Shown one piece after another: positions 1 through 20,228 of a DNA stretch of 64,000 nucleotides. The notes beneath the pieces are model-generated. The model was not told the origin of the DNA. It saw only the letters and a list, made by a program, of their open reading frames with translations, and searched no databases. Every line of letters begins with the position of its first letter. The first letter of the stretch is position 1. Origin of the DNA: the human T2T-CHM13v2.0 reference genome, Homo sapiens. The stretch lies in the NCBI RefSeq assembly GCF_009914755.1, contig NC_060948.1. One strand, given 5' to 3'. The translations under genes were made by a program, and so were the position numbers.

Positions 1-559
1 CATATCACCCAATATAACTAACATACATAATATTATAATATAGATTATATTATGTTATATTAAATATCATATATATCATGTATCATATATTCTATAATAT
101 ATATTACACATTATATAATATGTATGCTGTCTATTATGTGATATATATAACTATATATATAATTATATTTTTATACATATAACTAGATAAACATGTAATT
201 CTACATATTTTCATTTATAATATGTAGAATTATATAATCATATATAATTATTTATATTCTATAAAAAATTTTATCATTATATAAATTATAATATATAAAA
301 ATTATAATATGTACTACAAATATATATATTATATATCATATATGATATAGTACCTTTGTTATATATCATAATACATATAAATGTGTATTATGTTATCTAT
401 AATTATATAATTTCATATATAAGGTGTATAATATGTATCATATATTATATATGTTATGTAATATATATAGTATATATAAGATGACACAGGAGAAATATTA
501 TATACTATGACATATAAAATATATGACGTTATATGTTACATATAAGGCATAGCACATAA

Positions 560-874
<315 letters not shown>

Positions 875-1440
875 AGATCCATATTTTTTAAATGAAAAAA
901 AATTTCAAAGGTACTCTGCTTGGTACAATAATCAAATGTATAAACTGAGGAATAAAACATAACCATGAAACCTACTTATAACTGCATATGGAAAATACAG
1001 AGGATAATTTTTTAAATAACATATTTTGAAAGCCTTAACTAGTAATTTGAAGAGTTGGCATTTGAAAGGCCAGTATGAATATACCTTCAAAGCAGCAACA
1101 CAGGTTCCCCATGAGAAAAAGCAAACACAGGGAAAATAAAAACACAAAGGTTCAATCTCTTCTGACCTTTGAAAGACACAGCACAGACAGTGGTCCTTAG
1201 GACGAAGAGCAGGAGACCCCTAATTCCGTCACCATGGCGATAGGGCATAAACATTGCTGGGTGAGGGCACAATCCACATTGTGAGGTCCAACTGCTGCCA
1301 GGAAGACAGGAGTGCTTTTACATAGACCGAAAGGTCATTGAAGGCTCAGAGTTTTGTTTCAAGAACTGAATCCCAAGCCCACACGTTATTAGGCTGCGCT
1401 TCTTAAAACAAGTGATGAGATGGGAAAAAGGGCACCCACA
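875..1440. repeat. HSATI-like unique-complexity segment of the DYZ2 unit (representative copy; follows every Alu)
   Basis: ~570 bp of moderate GC between the Alu 5' end and the AT-rich tract, repeated in each unit. The HSATI name comes from known DYZ2 composition; boundaries are approximate. Confidence 0.8.
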
Positions 1441-3294
<1,854 letters not shown>

Positions 3295-5397
3295 AGATCC
3301 GTATTTTTTAAATGAAAAAAAATTTCAAAGGTACTCTGCTTGGTACAATAATCAAATGTATAAACTGAGGAATAAAACATAACCATGAAACCTACTTATA
3401 ACTGCATATGGAAAATACAGAGGATAATTTTTTAAATAACATATTTTGAAAGCCTTAACTAGTAATTTGAAGAGTTGGCATTTGAAAGGCCAGTATGAAT
3501 ATACCTTCAAAGCAGCAACACAGGTTCCCCATGAGAAAAAGCAAACACAGGGAAAATAAAAACACAAAGGTTCAATCTCTTCTGACCTTTGAAAGACACA
3601 GCACAGACAGTGGTCCTTAGGACGAAGAGCAGGAGACCCCTAATTCCGTCACCATGGCGATAGGGCATAAACATTGCTGGGTGAGGGCACAATCCACATT
3701 GTGAGGTCCAACTGCTGCCAGGAAGACAGGAGTGCTTTTACATAGACCGAAAGGTCATTGAAGGCTCAGAGTTTTGTTTCAAGAACTGAATCCCAAGCCC
3801 ACACGTTATTAGGCTGCGCTTCTTAAAACAAGTGATGAGATGGGAAAAAGGGCACCCACAAACATACGTATACATTATGTATATAATAATATACAGTATC
3901 ATATATATAATATATATAACCTATGTATAATATTGTTTTACATCCTGCATCTTATGTTATATATATTGTATAAAATATAATAATTGATAATATATAAGTT
4001 ATATAATTATACAATATGACATATAGTATATATTATAATTTATGACATATATAATACATGTTATATATCATATATAGAATATATTATACGGTTAATATAC
4101 GTATTAAATGTAAATTATACCTTATATATATTATATATAATATAACTGTTATATATAATACCCATTATGCATAATATATATATTATGTCTATGTTATATA
4201 TAGTATAAAACAACATATAATAACATATAATTGTATATATAAAATGCGACATATAATATATATTATATTTTATAACATATGTAATATATATTATATATTA
4301 TATATAATACGTTGTATGTATAATACCTATATTAAATATATATTATATGACTATGTTATTAATTACATGTCACATGTGTTATATATTATATATTTTACAT
4401 AGAATATACCGGTTTCATACAATATATACTATGTTACCTATAATGTATAATTTATTACATGTAAAATAAAGAATGCAATATATTATGTATAATTTATAAT
4501 ATACAATATGTGGAATGTGATATATATAACATATAATATATGATATATGATATACAGTATATGATATATAACATACAATATATGATTCCTAATATATATG
4601 GTATACAATATATATTTTATGATATGTATTCTATATGTTTTATATTCTGTTATATATAACTATTTGAAATTATATATAACTGTATAATATTTTATGTAAA
4701 TATGTAATATAATATGTATAACTATATAATATATTATATATAACTATATATTATGTTATGTATACTTTTATAACATAATTTACATAAAATATCATAATAT
4801 AATATATATTATATTATTTCATATTACATAATATATATTACATATCACCCAATATAACTAACATACATAATATTATAATATAGATTATATTATGTTATAT
4901 TAAATATCATATATATCATGTATCATATATTCTATAATATATATTACACATTATATAATATGTATGCTGTCTATTATGTGATATATATAACTATACATAA
5001 TTATATTTTTATACATATAACTAGATAAACATGTAATTCTACATATTTTCATTTATAATATGTAGAATTATATAATCATATATAATTATTTATATTCTAT
5101 AAAAAATTTTATCATTATATAAATTATAATATATAAAAATTATAATATGTACTACAAATATATATATTATATATCATATATGATATAGTACCTTTGTTAT
5201 ATATCATAATACATATAAATGTGTATTATGTTATCTATAATTATATAATTTCATATATAAGGTGTATAATATGTATCATATATTATATATGTTATGTAAT
5301 ATATATAGTATATATAAGATGACACAGGATAAATATTATATACTATGACATATAAAATATATGACGTTATATGTTACATATAAGGCATAGCACATAA

Positions 5398-5712
<315 letters not shown>

Positions 5713-7816
5713 AGATCCATATTTTTTAAATGAAAAAAAATTTCAAAGGTACTCTGCTTGGTACAATAATCAAATGTATAAACTGAGGAATAAAACATAA
5801 CCATGAAACCTACTTATAACTGCATATGGAAAATACAGAGGATAATTTTTTAAATAACATATTTTGAAAGCCTTAACTAGTAATTTGAAGAGTTGGCATT
5901 TGAAAGGCCAGTATGAATATACCTTCAAAGCAGCAACACAGGTTCCCCATGAGAAAAAGCAAACACAGGGAAAATAAAAACACAAAGGTTCAATCTCTTC
6001 TGACCTTTGAAAGACACAGCACAGACAGTGGTCCTTAGGACGAAGAGCAGGAGACCCCTAATTCCGTCACCATGGCGATAGGGCATAAACATTGCTGGGT
6101 GAGGGCACAATCCACATTGTGAGGTCCAACTGCTGCCAGGAAGACAGGAGTGCTTTTACATAGACCGAAAGGTCATTGAAGGCTCAGAGTTTTGTTTCAA
6201 GAACTGAATCCCAAGCCCACACGTTATTAGGCTGCGCTTCTTAAAACAAGTGATGAGATGGGAAAAAGGGCACCCACAAACATACGTATACATTATGTAT
6301 ATAATAATATACAGTATCATATATATAATATATATAACCTATGTATAATATTGTTTTACATCCTGCATCTTATGTTATATATATTGTATAAAATATAATA
6401 ATTGATAATATATAAGTTTTATAATTATACAATATGACATATAGTATATATTATAATTTATGACATATATAATATATGTTATATATCATATATAGAGTAT
6501 ATTATACGGTTAATATACGTATTAAATATAAATTATACATTATATATATAATATATAATATATCTGTTATATATAATACCCATTATGCATAATATATATA
6601 TTATGTCTATGTTATATATAGTATAAAACAACATATAATAATATATAATTGTATATATAAAATGCGACATATAATATATATTATATTTTATAACATATGT
6701 AATATATATTATATATTATCTATAATACGTTGTATGTATAATACCTATATTAAATATATATTATATGACTATGTTATTAATTACATGTCACATGTGTTAT
6801 ATATTATATATTTTAAATAGAATATACCGGTTACATACAATATATACTATGTTACCTATAATGTATAATTTATTACATGTAAAATAAGGAATGCAATATA
6901 TTATGTATAATTTATAATATACAATATGTGGAATGTGATATATATAACATATAATATATGATATATGATATACAGTATATGATATATAACATACAATATA
7001 TGATTCCTAATATATATGGTATACAGTATATATTTTATGATATGTATTCTATATGTTTTATATTCTGTTATATATAACTATTTGAAATTATATATAACTG
7101 TATAATATTTTATGTAATATGTAATATAATATATATAACTATATAATATATTATATATAACTATATATTATGTTATATATACTTTTATAACATAATTTAC
7201 ATAAAATATCATAATATAATATATATTATATTATTTCATATTACATAATATATATTACATATCACCCAATATAACTAACATACATAATATTATAATATAG
7301 ATTATATTATGTTATATTAAATATCATATATATCATGTATCATATATTCTATAGTATATATTACACATTATATAATATGTATGTTGTCTATTATGTGATA
7401 TATATAACTATATATATAATTATATTTTTATACATATAACTAGATAAACATATAATTCTACATATTTTCATTTATAATATGTAGAATTATATAATCATAT
7501 ATAATTATTTATATTCTATAAAAAATTTTATCATTATACGAATTATAATATATAAAAATTATAATATGTACTACAAATATATATATTATATATCATATAT
7601 GATATAGTACCTTTGTTATATATCATAATACATATAAATGTGTATTATGTTATCTATAATTATATAATTTCATATATAAGGTGTATAATATGTATCATAT
7701 ATTATATATGTTATGTAATATATATAGTATATATAAGATGACACAGGATAAATATTATATACTATGACATATAAAATATATGACGTTATATGTTACATAT
7801 AAGGCATAGCACATAA

Positions 7817-8131
<315 letters not shown>

Positions 8132-10235
8132 AGATCCGTATTTTTTAAATGAAAAAAAATTTCAAAGGTACTCTGCTTGGTACAATAATCAAATGTATAA
8201 ACTGAGGAATAAAACATAACCATGAAACCTACTTATAACTGCATATGGAAAATACAGAGGATAATTTTTTAAATAACATATTTTGAAAGCCTTAACTAGT
8301 AATTTGAAGAGTTGGCATTTGAAAGGCCAGTATGAATATACCTTCAAAGCAGCAACACAGGTTCCCCATGAGAAAAAGCAAACACAGGGAAAATAAAAAC
8401 ACAAAGGTTCAATCTCTTCTGACTTTTCAAAGACACAGCACAGACAGTGGTCCTTAGGACGAAGAGCAGGAGACCCCTAATTCCGTCACCATGGCGATAG
8501 GGCATAAACATTGTTGGGTGAGGGCACAATCCACATTGTGAGGTCCAACTGCTGCCAGGAAGACAGGAGTGCTTTTACATAGACCGAAAGGTCATTGAAG
8601 GCTCAGAGTTTTGTTTCAAGAACTGAATCCCAAGCCCACACGTTATTAGGCTGCGCTTCTTAAAACAAGTTATGACATGGGAAAAAGGGCACCCACAAAC
8701 ATACGTATACATTATGTATATAATAATATACAGTATCATATATATAATATATATAACCTATGTATAATATTGTTTTACATCCTGCATCTTATGTTATATA
8801 TATTGTATAAAATATAATAATTGATAATATATAAGTTTTATAATTATACAATATGACATATAGTATATATTATAATTTATGACATATATAATATATGTTA
8901 TATATCATATATAGAATATATTATACGGTTAATATACGTATTAAATATAAATTATACATTATATATATTATATATAATATATCTGTTATATATAATACCC
9001 ATTATGCATAATATATATATTATGTCTATGTTATATATAGTATAAAACAACATATAATAATATATAATTGTATATATAAAATGCGACATATAATATATAT
9101 TATATTTTATAACATATGTAATATATATTATATATTATATATAATACGTTGTATGTATAATACCTATATTAAATATATATTATATGACTATGTTATTAAT
9201 TACATGTCACATGTGTTATATATTATATATTTTAAATAGAATATACCGGTTACATACAATATATACTATGTTACCTATAATGTATAATTTATTACATGTA
9301 AAATAAGGAATGCAATATATTATGTATAATTTATAATATACAATATGTGGAATGTGATATATATAACATATAATATATGATATATGATATACAGTATATG
9401 ATATATAACATACAATATATGATTCCTAAAATATATGGTATACAATGTATATTTTATGTTATGTATTCTATATGTTTTATATTCTGTTATATATAACTAT
9501 TTGAAATTATATATAACTGTATAATATTTTATGTAATATGTAATATAATATATATAACTATATAATATATTATATATAACTATATATTATGTTATATATA
9601 CTTTTATAACATAATTTACATAAAATATCATAATATAATATATATTATATTATTTCATATTACATAATATATATTACATATCACCCAATATAAGTAACAT
9701 ACATAATATTATAATATAGATTATATTATGTTATATTAAATATCATATATATCATGTATCATATATTCTATAATATATATTACACATTATATAATATGTA
9801 TGTTGTCTATTATGTGATATATATAACTATATATATTATTATATTTTTATACATATAACTAGATAAACATGTAATTCTACATATTTTCATTTATAATATG
9901 TAGAATTATATAATCATATATAATTATTTATATTCTATAAAAAATTTTATCATTATATGAATTATAATATATAAAAATTATAATATGTACTACAAATATA
10001 TATATTATATATCATATATGATATAGTACCTTTGTTATATATCATAATACATATAAATGTGTATTATGTTATCTATAATTATATAATTTCATATATAAGA
10101 TATATAATATGTATCATATATTATATATGTTATGTAATATATATAGTATATATAAGATGACACAGGATAAATATTATATACTATGACATATAAAATATAT
10201 GAGGTTATATGTTACATATAATGCATAGCACATAA

Positions 10236-10550
<315 letters not shown>

Positions 10551-12655
10551 AGATCCGTATTTTTTAAATGAAAAAAAATTTCAAAGGTACTCTGCTTGGT
10601 ACAATAATCAAATGTATAAACTGAGGAATAAAACATAACCATGAAACCTACTTATAACTGCATATGGAAAATACAGAGGATAATTTTTTAAATAACATAT
10701 TTTGAAAGCCTTAACTAGTAATTTGAAGAGTTGGCATTTGAAAGGCCAGTATGAATATACCTTCAAAGCAGCAACACAGGTTCCCCATGAGAAAAAGCAA
10801 ACTCAGGGAAAATAAAACCACAAAGGTTCAATCTCTTCTGACCTTTGAAAGACACAGCACAGACAGTGGTCCTTAGGACGAAGAGCAGGAGACCCCTAAT
10901 TCCGTCACCATGGCGATAGGGCATAAACATTGCTGGGTGAGGGCACAATCCACATTGTGAGGTCCAACTGCTGCCAGGAAGACAGGAGTGCTTTTACATA
11001 GACCGAAAGGTCATTGAAGGCTCAGAGTTTTGTTTCAAGAACTGAATCCCAAGCCCACACGTTATTAGGCTGCGCTTCTTAAAACAAGTTATGAGATGGG
11101 AAAAAGGGCACCCACAAACATACGTATACATTATGTATATAATAATATACAGTATCATATATATAATATATATAACCTATGTATAATATTGTTTTACATC
11201 CTGCATCTTATGTTATATATATTGTATAAAATATAATAATTGATAATATATAAGTTTTATAATTATACAATATGACATATAGTATATATTATAATTTATG
11301 ACATATATAATATATGTTATATATCATATATAGAATATATTATACGGTTAATATACGTATTAAATATAAATTATACATTATATATATTATATATAATATA
11401 TCTGTTATATATAATACCCATTATGCATAATATATATATTATGTCTATGTTATATATAGTATAAAACAACATATAATAATATATAATTGTATATATAAAA
11501 TGCGACATATAATATATATTATATTTTATAACATATGTAATATATATTATATATTATATATAATACGTTGTATGTATAATACCTATATTAAATATATATT
11601 ATATGACTATGTTATTAATTACATGTCACATGTGTTATATATTATATATTTTACATAGAATATACCGGTTACATACAATATATACTATGTTACCTATAAT
11701 GTATAATTTATTACATGTAAAATAAAGAATGCAATATATTATGTATAATTTATAATATACAATATGTGGAATGTGATATATATAACATATAATATATGAT
11801 ATATGATATACAGTATATGATATATAACATACAATATATGATTCCTAATATATATGGTATACAATATATATTTTATGATATGTATTCTATATGTTTTATA
11901 TTCTGTTATATATAACTATTTGAAATTATATGTAACTGTATAATATTTTATGTAAATTTGTAATATAATATATATAACTATATAATATATTATATATAAC
12001 TATATATTATGTTATATATACTTTTATAACATAATTTACATAAAATATCATAATATAATATATATTATATTATTTCATATTACATAATATATATTACATA
12101 TCACCCAATATAACTAACATACATAATATTATAATATAGATTATATTATGTTATATTAAATATCATATATATCATGTATCATATATTCTATAATATATAT
12201 TACACTTTATATAATATGTATGTTGTCTATTATGTGATATATATAACTATATATATAATTATATTTTTATACATATAACTAGATAACCATGTAATTCTAC
12301 ATATTTTCATTTATAATATGTAGAATTATATAATCATATATAATTATTTATATTCTATAAAAAATTTTATCATTATATAAATTATAATATATAAAAATTA
12401 TAATATGTACTACAAATATATATATTATATATCATATATGATATAGTACCTTTGTTATATATCATAATACATATAAATGTGTATTATGTTATCTATAATT
12501 ATATAATTTCATATATAAGGTGTATAATATGTATCATATATTATATATGTTATGTAATATATATAGTATATATAAGATGACACAGGATAAATATTATATA
12601 CTATGACATATAAAATATATGAGGTTATATGTTACATATAAGGCATAGCACATAA

Positions 12656-12970
<315 letters not shown>

Positions 12971-15098
12971 AGATCCATATTTTTTAAATGAAAAAAAATT
13001 TCAAAGGTACTCTGCTTGGTACAATAATCAAATGTATAAACTGAGGAATAAAACATAACCATGAAACCTACTTATAACTGCATATGGAAAATACAGAGGA
13101 TAATTTTTTAAATAACATATTTTGAAAGCCTTAACTAGTAATTTGAAGAGTTGGCATTTGAAAGGCCAGTATGAATATACCTTCAAAGCAGCAACACAGG
13201 TTCCCCATGAGAAAAAGCAAACACAGGGAAAATAAAAACACAAAGGTTCAATCTCTTCTGACCTTTGAAAGACACAGCACAGACAGTGGTCCTTAGGACG
13301 AAGAGCAGGAGACCCCTAATTCCGTCACCATGGCGATAGGGCATAAACATTGCTGGGTGAGGGCACAATCCACATTGTGAGGTCCAACTGCTGCCAGGAA
13401 GACAGGAGTGCTTTTACATAGACCGAAAGGTCATTGAAGGCTCAGAGTTTTGTTTCAAGAACTGAATCCCAAGCCCACACGTTATTAGGCTGCGCTTCTT
13501 AAAACAAGTTATGAGATGGGAAAAAGGGCACCCACAAACATACGTATACATTATGTATATAATAATATACAGTATCATATATATAATATATATAACCTAT
13601 GTATAATATTGTTTTACATCCTGCTTCTTATGTTATATATATTGTATAAAATATAATAATTGATAATATATAAGTTTTATAATTATACAATATGACATAT
13701 AGTATATATTATAATTTATGACATATATAATATATGTTATATGTCATATATAGAATATATTATACGGTTAATATACGTATTAAATATAAATTATACATTA
13801 TATATATTATATATAATATATCTGTTATATATAATACCCATTATGCATAATATATATATTATGTCTATGTTATATATAGTATAAAACAACATATAATAAT
13901 ATATAATTGTATATATAAAATGCGACATAGAATATATATTATATTTTATAACATATGTAATATATATTATATATTATATATAATACGTTGTATGTATAAT
14001 ACCTATATTAAATATATATTATATGACTATGTTATTAATTACATGTCACATGTGTTATATATTATATATTTTACATAGAATATACCGGTTACATACAATA
14101 TATACTATGTTACCTATAATGTATAATTTATTACATGAAAAATAAAGAATGCAATATATTATGTAAAATTTATAATATACAATATGTGGAATGTGATATA
14201 TGTAACATATAATATATGATATATGATATACAGTATATGATATATAACATACAATATATGATTCCTAATATATATGGTATACAATATATATTTTATGATA
14301 TGTATTCTATATGTTTTATATTCTGTTATATATAACTATTTGAAATTATATATAACTGTATAATATTTTATGTAAATATGTAATATAATATATATAACTA
14401 TATAATATATTATATATAACTATATATTATGTTATGTATACTTTTATAACATAATTTACATAAAATATCATAATATAATATATATTATATTATTTCATAT
14501 TACATAATATATATTACATATCACCCAATATAACTAACATACATAATATTATAATATAGATTATATTATGTTATATTAAATATCATATATATCATGTATC
14601 ATATATTCTATAATATATATTACACATTATATAATATGTATGTTGTCTATTATGTGATATATATAACTATATATATAATTATATTTTTATACATATAACT
14701 AGATAAACATGTAATTCTACATATTTTCATTTATAATATGTAGAATTATATAATCATATATAATTATTTATATTCTATAAAAAATTTTATCATTATATAA
14801 ATTATAATATATAAAAATTATAATATGTACTACAAATATATATATTATATATCATATATGATATAGTACCTTTGTTATATATCATAATACATATAAATGT
14901 GTATTATGTTATCTATAATTATATAATTTCATATATAAGTTGTATAATATGTATCATATATTATATATGTTATGTAATATATATAGTATATATAAGATGA
15001 CACAGGATAAATATTATATACTATGACATATAAAATATATGAGGTTATATGTTACATATAAGGCATAGCACATAACATGTAATATATATCATATATAA

Positions 15099-15390
15099 TT
15101 TTTTTTTAGACAGAATCTTGTCCTGTTGCACAGGGTGGGGTACAATGGCGCCATCTTTGCTCACTGCAACTTCTGCCTCACGGATCCAAGCGATTGTCCT
15201 CCGTCAGCCTCCCAGGTAGCTGGGACTACACCACACTGGGACTACACCAGCTGCCACCATGCCTAGCTAATTTTTTGGATTTTTAGTAGTGACAGCGTTT
15301 CACTGTATTGGCCAGGATGGTCTTGATCTCTTCACCTTGGGATCCCCTTGCCTTGGCCTCCAAATTTGCTGGGATTACAGGCCTGAGCCA
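15099..15390 (-). mobile_element. DYZ2 Alu fragment, unit 7 (three private SNVs)
   Basis: Near-identical to 583-874; private GGATCC at 15182 and 15340. Confidence 0.93.
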
Positions 15391-17495
15391 AGATCCGTAT
15401 TTTTTAAATGAAAAAAAATTTCAAAGGTACTCTGCTTGGTACAATAATCAAATGTATAAACTGAGGAATAAAACATAACCATGAAACCTACTTATAACTG
15501 CATATGGAAAATACAGAGGATAATTTTTTAAATAACATATTTTGAAAGCCTTAACTAGTAATTTGAAGAGTTGGCATTTGAAAGGCCAGTATGAATATAC
15601 CTTCAAAGCAGCAACACAGGTTCCCCATGAGAAAAAGCAAACACAGGGAAAATAAAAACACAAAGGTTCAATCTCTTCTGACCTTTGAAAGACACAGCAC
15701 AGACAGTGGTCCTTAGGACGAAGAGCAGGAGACCCCTAATTCCGTCACCATGGCGATAGGGCATAAACATTGCTGGGTGAGGGCACAATCCACATTGTGA
15801 GGTCCAACTGCTGCCAGGAAGACAGGAGTGCTTTTACATAGACCGAAAGGTCATTGAAGGCTCAGAGTTTTGTTTCAAGAACTGAATCCCAAGCCCACAC
15901 GTTATTAGGCTGCGCTTCTTAAAACAAGTTATGAGATGGGAAAAAGGGCACCCACAAACATACGTATACATTATGTATATAATAATATACAGTGTCATAT
16001 ATATAATATATATAACCTATGTATAATATTGTTTTACATCCTGCTTCTTATGTTATATATATTGTATAAAATATAATAATTGATAATATATAAGTTTTAT
16101 AATTATACAATATGACATATAGTATATATTATAATTTATGACATATATAATATATGTTATATGTCATATATAGAATATATTATACGGTTAATATACGTAT
16201 TAAATATAAATTATACATTATATATATTATATATAATATATCTTTTATATATAATACCCATTATGCATAATATATATATTATGTCTATGTTATATATAGT
16301 ATAAAACAACATATAATAATATATAATTGTATATATAAAATGCGACATATAATATATATTATATTTTATAACATATGTAATATATATTATATATTATATA
16401 TAATACGTTGTATGTATAATACCTATATTAAATATATATTATATGACTATGTTATTAATTACATGTCACATGTGTTATATATTATATATTTTACATAGAA
16501 TATACCGGTTACATACAATATATACTATGTTACCTATAATGTATAATTTATTACATGTAAAATAAAGAATGCAATATATTATGTAAATTTTATAATATAC
16601 AATATGTGGAATGTGATATATGTAACATATAATATATGATATATGATATACAGTATATGATATATAACATACAATATATGATTCCTAATATATATGGTAT
16701 ACAATATATATTTTATGATATGTATTCTATATGTTTTATATTCTGTTATATATAACTATTTGAAATTATATATAACTGTATAATATTTTATGTAAATATG
16801 TAATAAAATATATACAACTATATAATATATTATATATAACTATATATTATGTTATGTATACTTTTATAACATAATTTACATAAAATATCATAATATAATA
16901 TATATTATATTATTTCATATTACATAATATATATTACATATCACCCAATATAACTAACATACATAATATTATAATATAGATTATATTATGTTATATTAAA
17001 TATCATATATATCATGTATCATATATTCTATAATATATATTACACATTATATAATATGTATGTTGTCTATTATGTGATATATATAACTATATATATAATT
17101 ATATTGTTATACATATAACTAGATAAACATGTAATTCTACATATTTTCATTTATAATATGTAGAATTATATAATCATATATAATTATTTATATTCTATAA
17201 AAAATTTTATCATTATATAAATTATAATATATAAAAATTATAATATGTACTACAAATATATATATTATATATCATATATGATATAGTACCTTTGTTATAT
17301 ATCATAATACATATAAATGTGTATTATGTTATCTATAATTATATAATTTCATATATAAGTTGTATAATATGTATCATATATTATATATGTTATGTAATAT
17401 ATATAGTATATATAAGATGACACAGGATAAATATTATATACTATGACATATAAAATATATGAGGTTATATGTTACATATAAGGCATAGCACATAA

Positions 17496-17810
<315 letters not shown>

Positions 17811-19913
17811 AGATCCATATTTTTTAAATGAAAAAAAATTTCAAAGGTACTCTGCTTGGTACAATAATCAAATGTATAAACTGAGGAATAAAACATAACC
17901 ATGAAACCTACTTATAACTGCATATGGAAAATACAGAGGATAATTTTTTAAATAACATATTTTGAAAGCCTTAACTAGTAATTTGAAGAGTTGGCATTTG
18001 AAAGGCCAGTATGAATATACCTTCAAAGCAGCAACACAGGTTCCCCATGAGAAAAAGCAAACACAGGGAAAATAAAAACACAAAGGTTCAATCTCTTCTG
18101 ACCTTTGAAAGACACAGCACAGACAGTGGTCCTTAGGACGAAGAGCAGGAGACCCCTAATTCCGTCACCATGGCGATAGGGCATAAACATTGCTGGGTGA
18201 GGGCACAATCCACATTGTGAGGTCCAACTGCTGCCAGGAAGACAGGAGTGCTTTTACATAGACCGAAAGGTCATTGAAGGCTCAGAGTTTTGTTTCAAGA
18301 ACTGAATCCCAAGCCCACACGTTATTAGGCTGCGCTTCTTAAAACAAGTTATGAGATGGGAAAAAGGGCACCCACAAACATACGTATACATTATGTATAT
18401 AATAATATACAGTATCATATTTATAATATATAACCTATGTATAATATTGTTTTACATCCTGCATCTTATGTTATATATATTGTATAAAATATAATAATTG
18501 ATAATATATAAGTTTTATAATTATACAATATGACATATAGTATATATTATAATTTATGACATATATAATATATGTTATATATCATATATAGAATATATTA
18601 TACGGTTAATATACGTATTAAATATAAATTATACCTTATATATATTATATATAATATATCTGTTATATATAATACCCATTATGCATAATATATATATTAT
18701 GTCTATGTTATATATAGTATAAAACAACATATAATAATATATAATTGTATATATAAAATGCGACATATAATATATATTATATTTTATAACATATGTAATA
18801 TATATTATATATTATATATAATACGTTGTATGTATAATACCTATATTAAATATATATTATATAACTATGTTATTAATTACATGTCACATGTGTTATATAT
18901 TATATATTTTACATAGAATATACCGGTTACATACAATATATACTATGTTACCTATAATGTATAATTGATTACATGTAAAATAAAGAATGCAATATATTAT
19001 GTATAATTTATAATATACAATATGTGGAATGTGACATATGTAACATATAATATATGATATATGATATACAGTATATGATATATAACATACAATATATGAT
19101 TCCTAATATATATGGTATACAATATATATTTTATGATATGTATTCTATATGTTTTATATTCTGTTATATATAACTATTTGAAATTATATATAACTGTATA
19201 ATATTTTATGTAAATATGTAATATAATATATATAACTATATAATATATTATATATAACTATATATTATGTTATATATACTTTTATAACATAATTTACATA
19301 AAATATCATAATATAATATATATTATATTATTTCATATTACATAATATATATTACATATCACCCAATATAACTAACATACATAATATTATAATATAGATT
19401 ATATTATGTTATATTAAATATCATATATATCATGTATCATATATTCTATAATATATAGTACACATTATATAATATGTATGTTGTCTATTATGTGATATAT
19501 ATAACTATATATATAATTATATTTTTATACATATAACTAGATAAACATGTAATTCTACATATTTTCATTTATAATATGTAGAATTATATAATCATATATA
19601 ATTATTTATATTCTATAAAAAATTTTATCATTATATAAATTATAATATATAAAAATTATAATATGTACTACAAATATATATATTATATATCATATATGAT
19701 ATAGTACCTTTGTTATATATCATAATACATATAAATGTGTATTATGTTATCTATAATTATATAATTTCATATATAAGGTGTATAATATGTATCATATATT
19801 ATATATGTTATGTAATATATATAGTATATATAAGATGACACAGGATAAATATTATATACTATGACATATAAAATATATGAGGTTATATGTTACATATAAG
19901 GCATAGCACATAA

Positions 19914-20228
<315 letters not shown>

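Noticed and set aside
932-1272. Repeated 71-aa and 61-aa minus-strand ORFs in each unit
   Set aside because: Short, overlapping, with no recognisable domain. The 71-aa ORF is lost in several units, and recurrence simply reflects the tandem repeat.
1061-1283. Small inverted repeats (tttgaaagg..ccttcaaa; caaaggttca..tgacctttg; cacaat..attgtg)
   Set aside because: Short imperfect stems expected from the recurrent TTGAA/AAAGG words; no compensatory changes seen among units.
1228-1284. Kozak-like gtcaccATGG and GTGAG donor-like words
   Set aside because: ORF is only 16 codons, with no supporting exon structure or promoter evidence.
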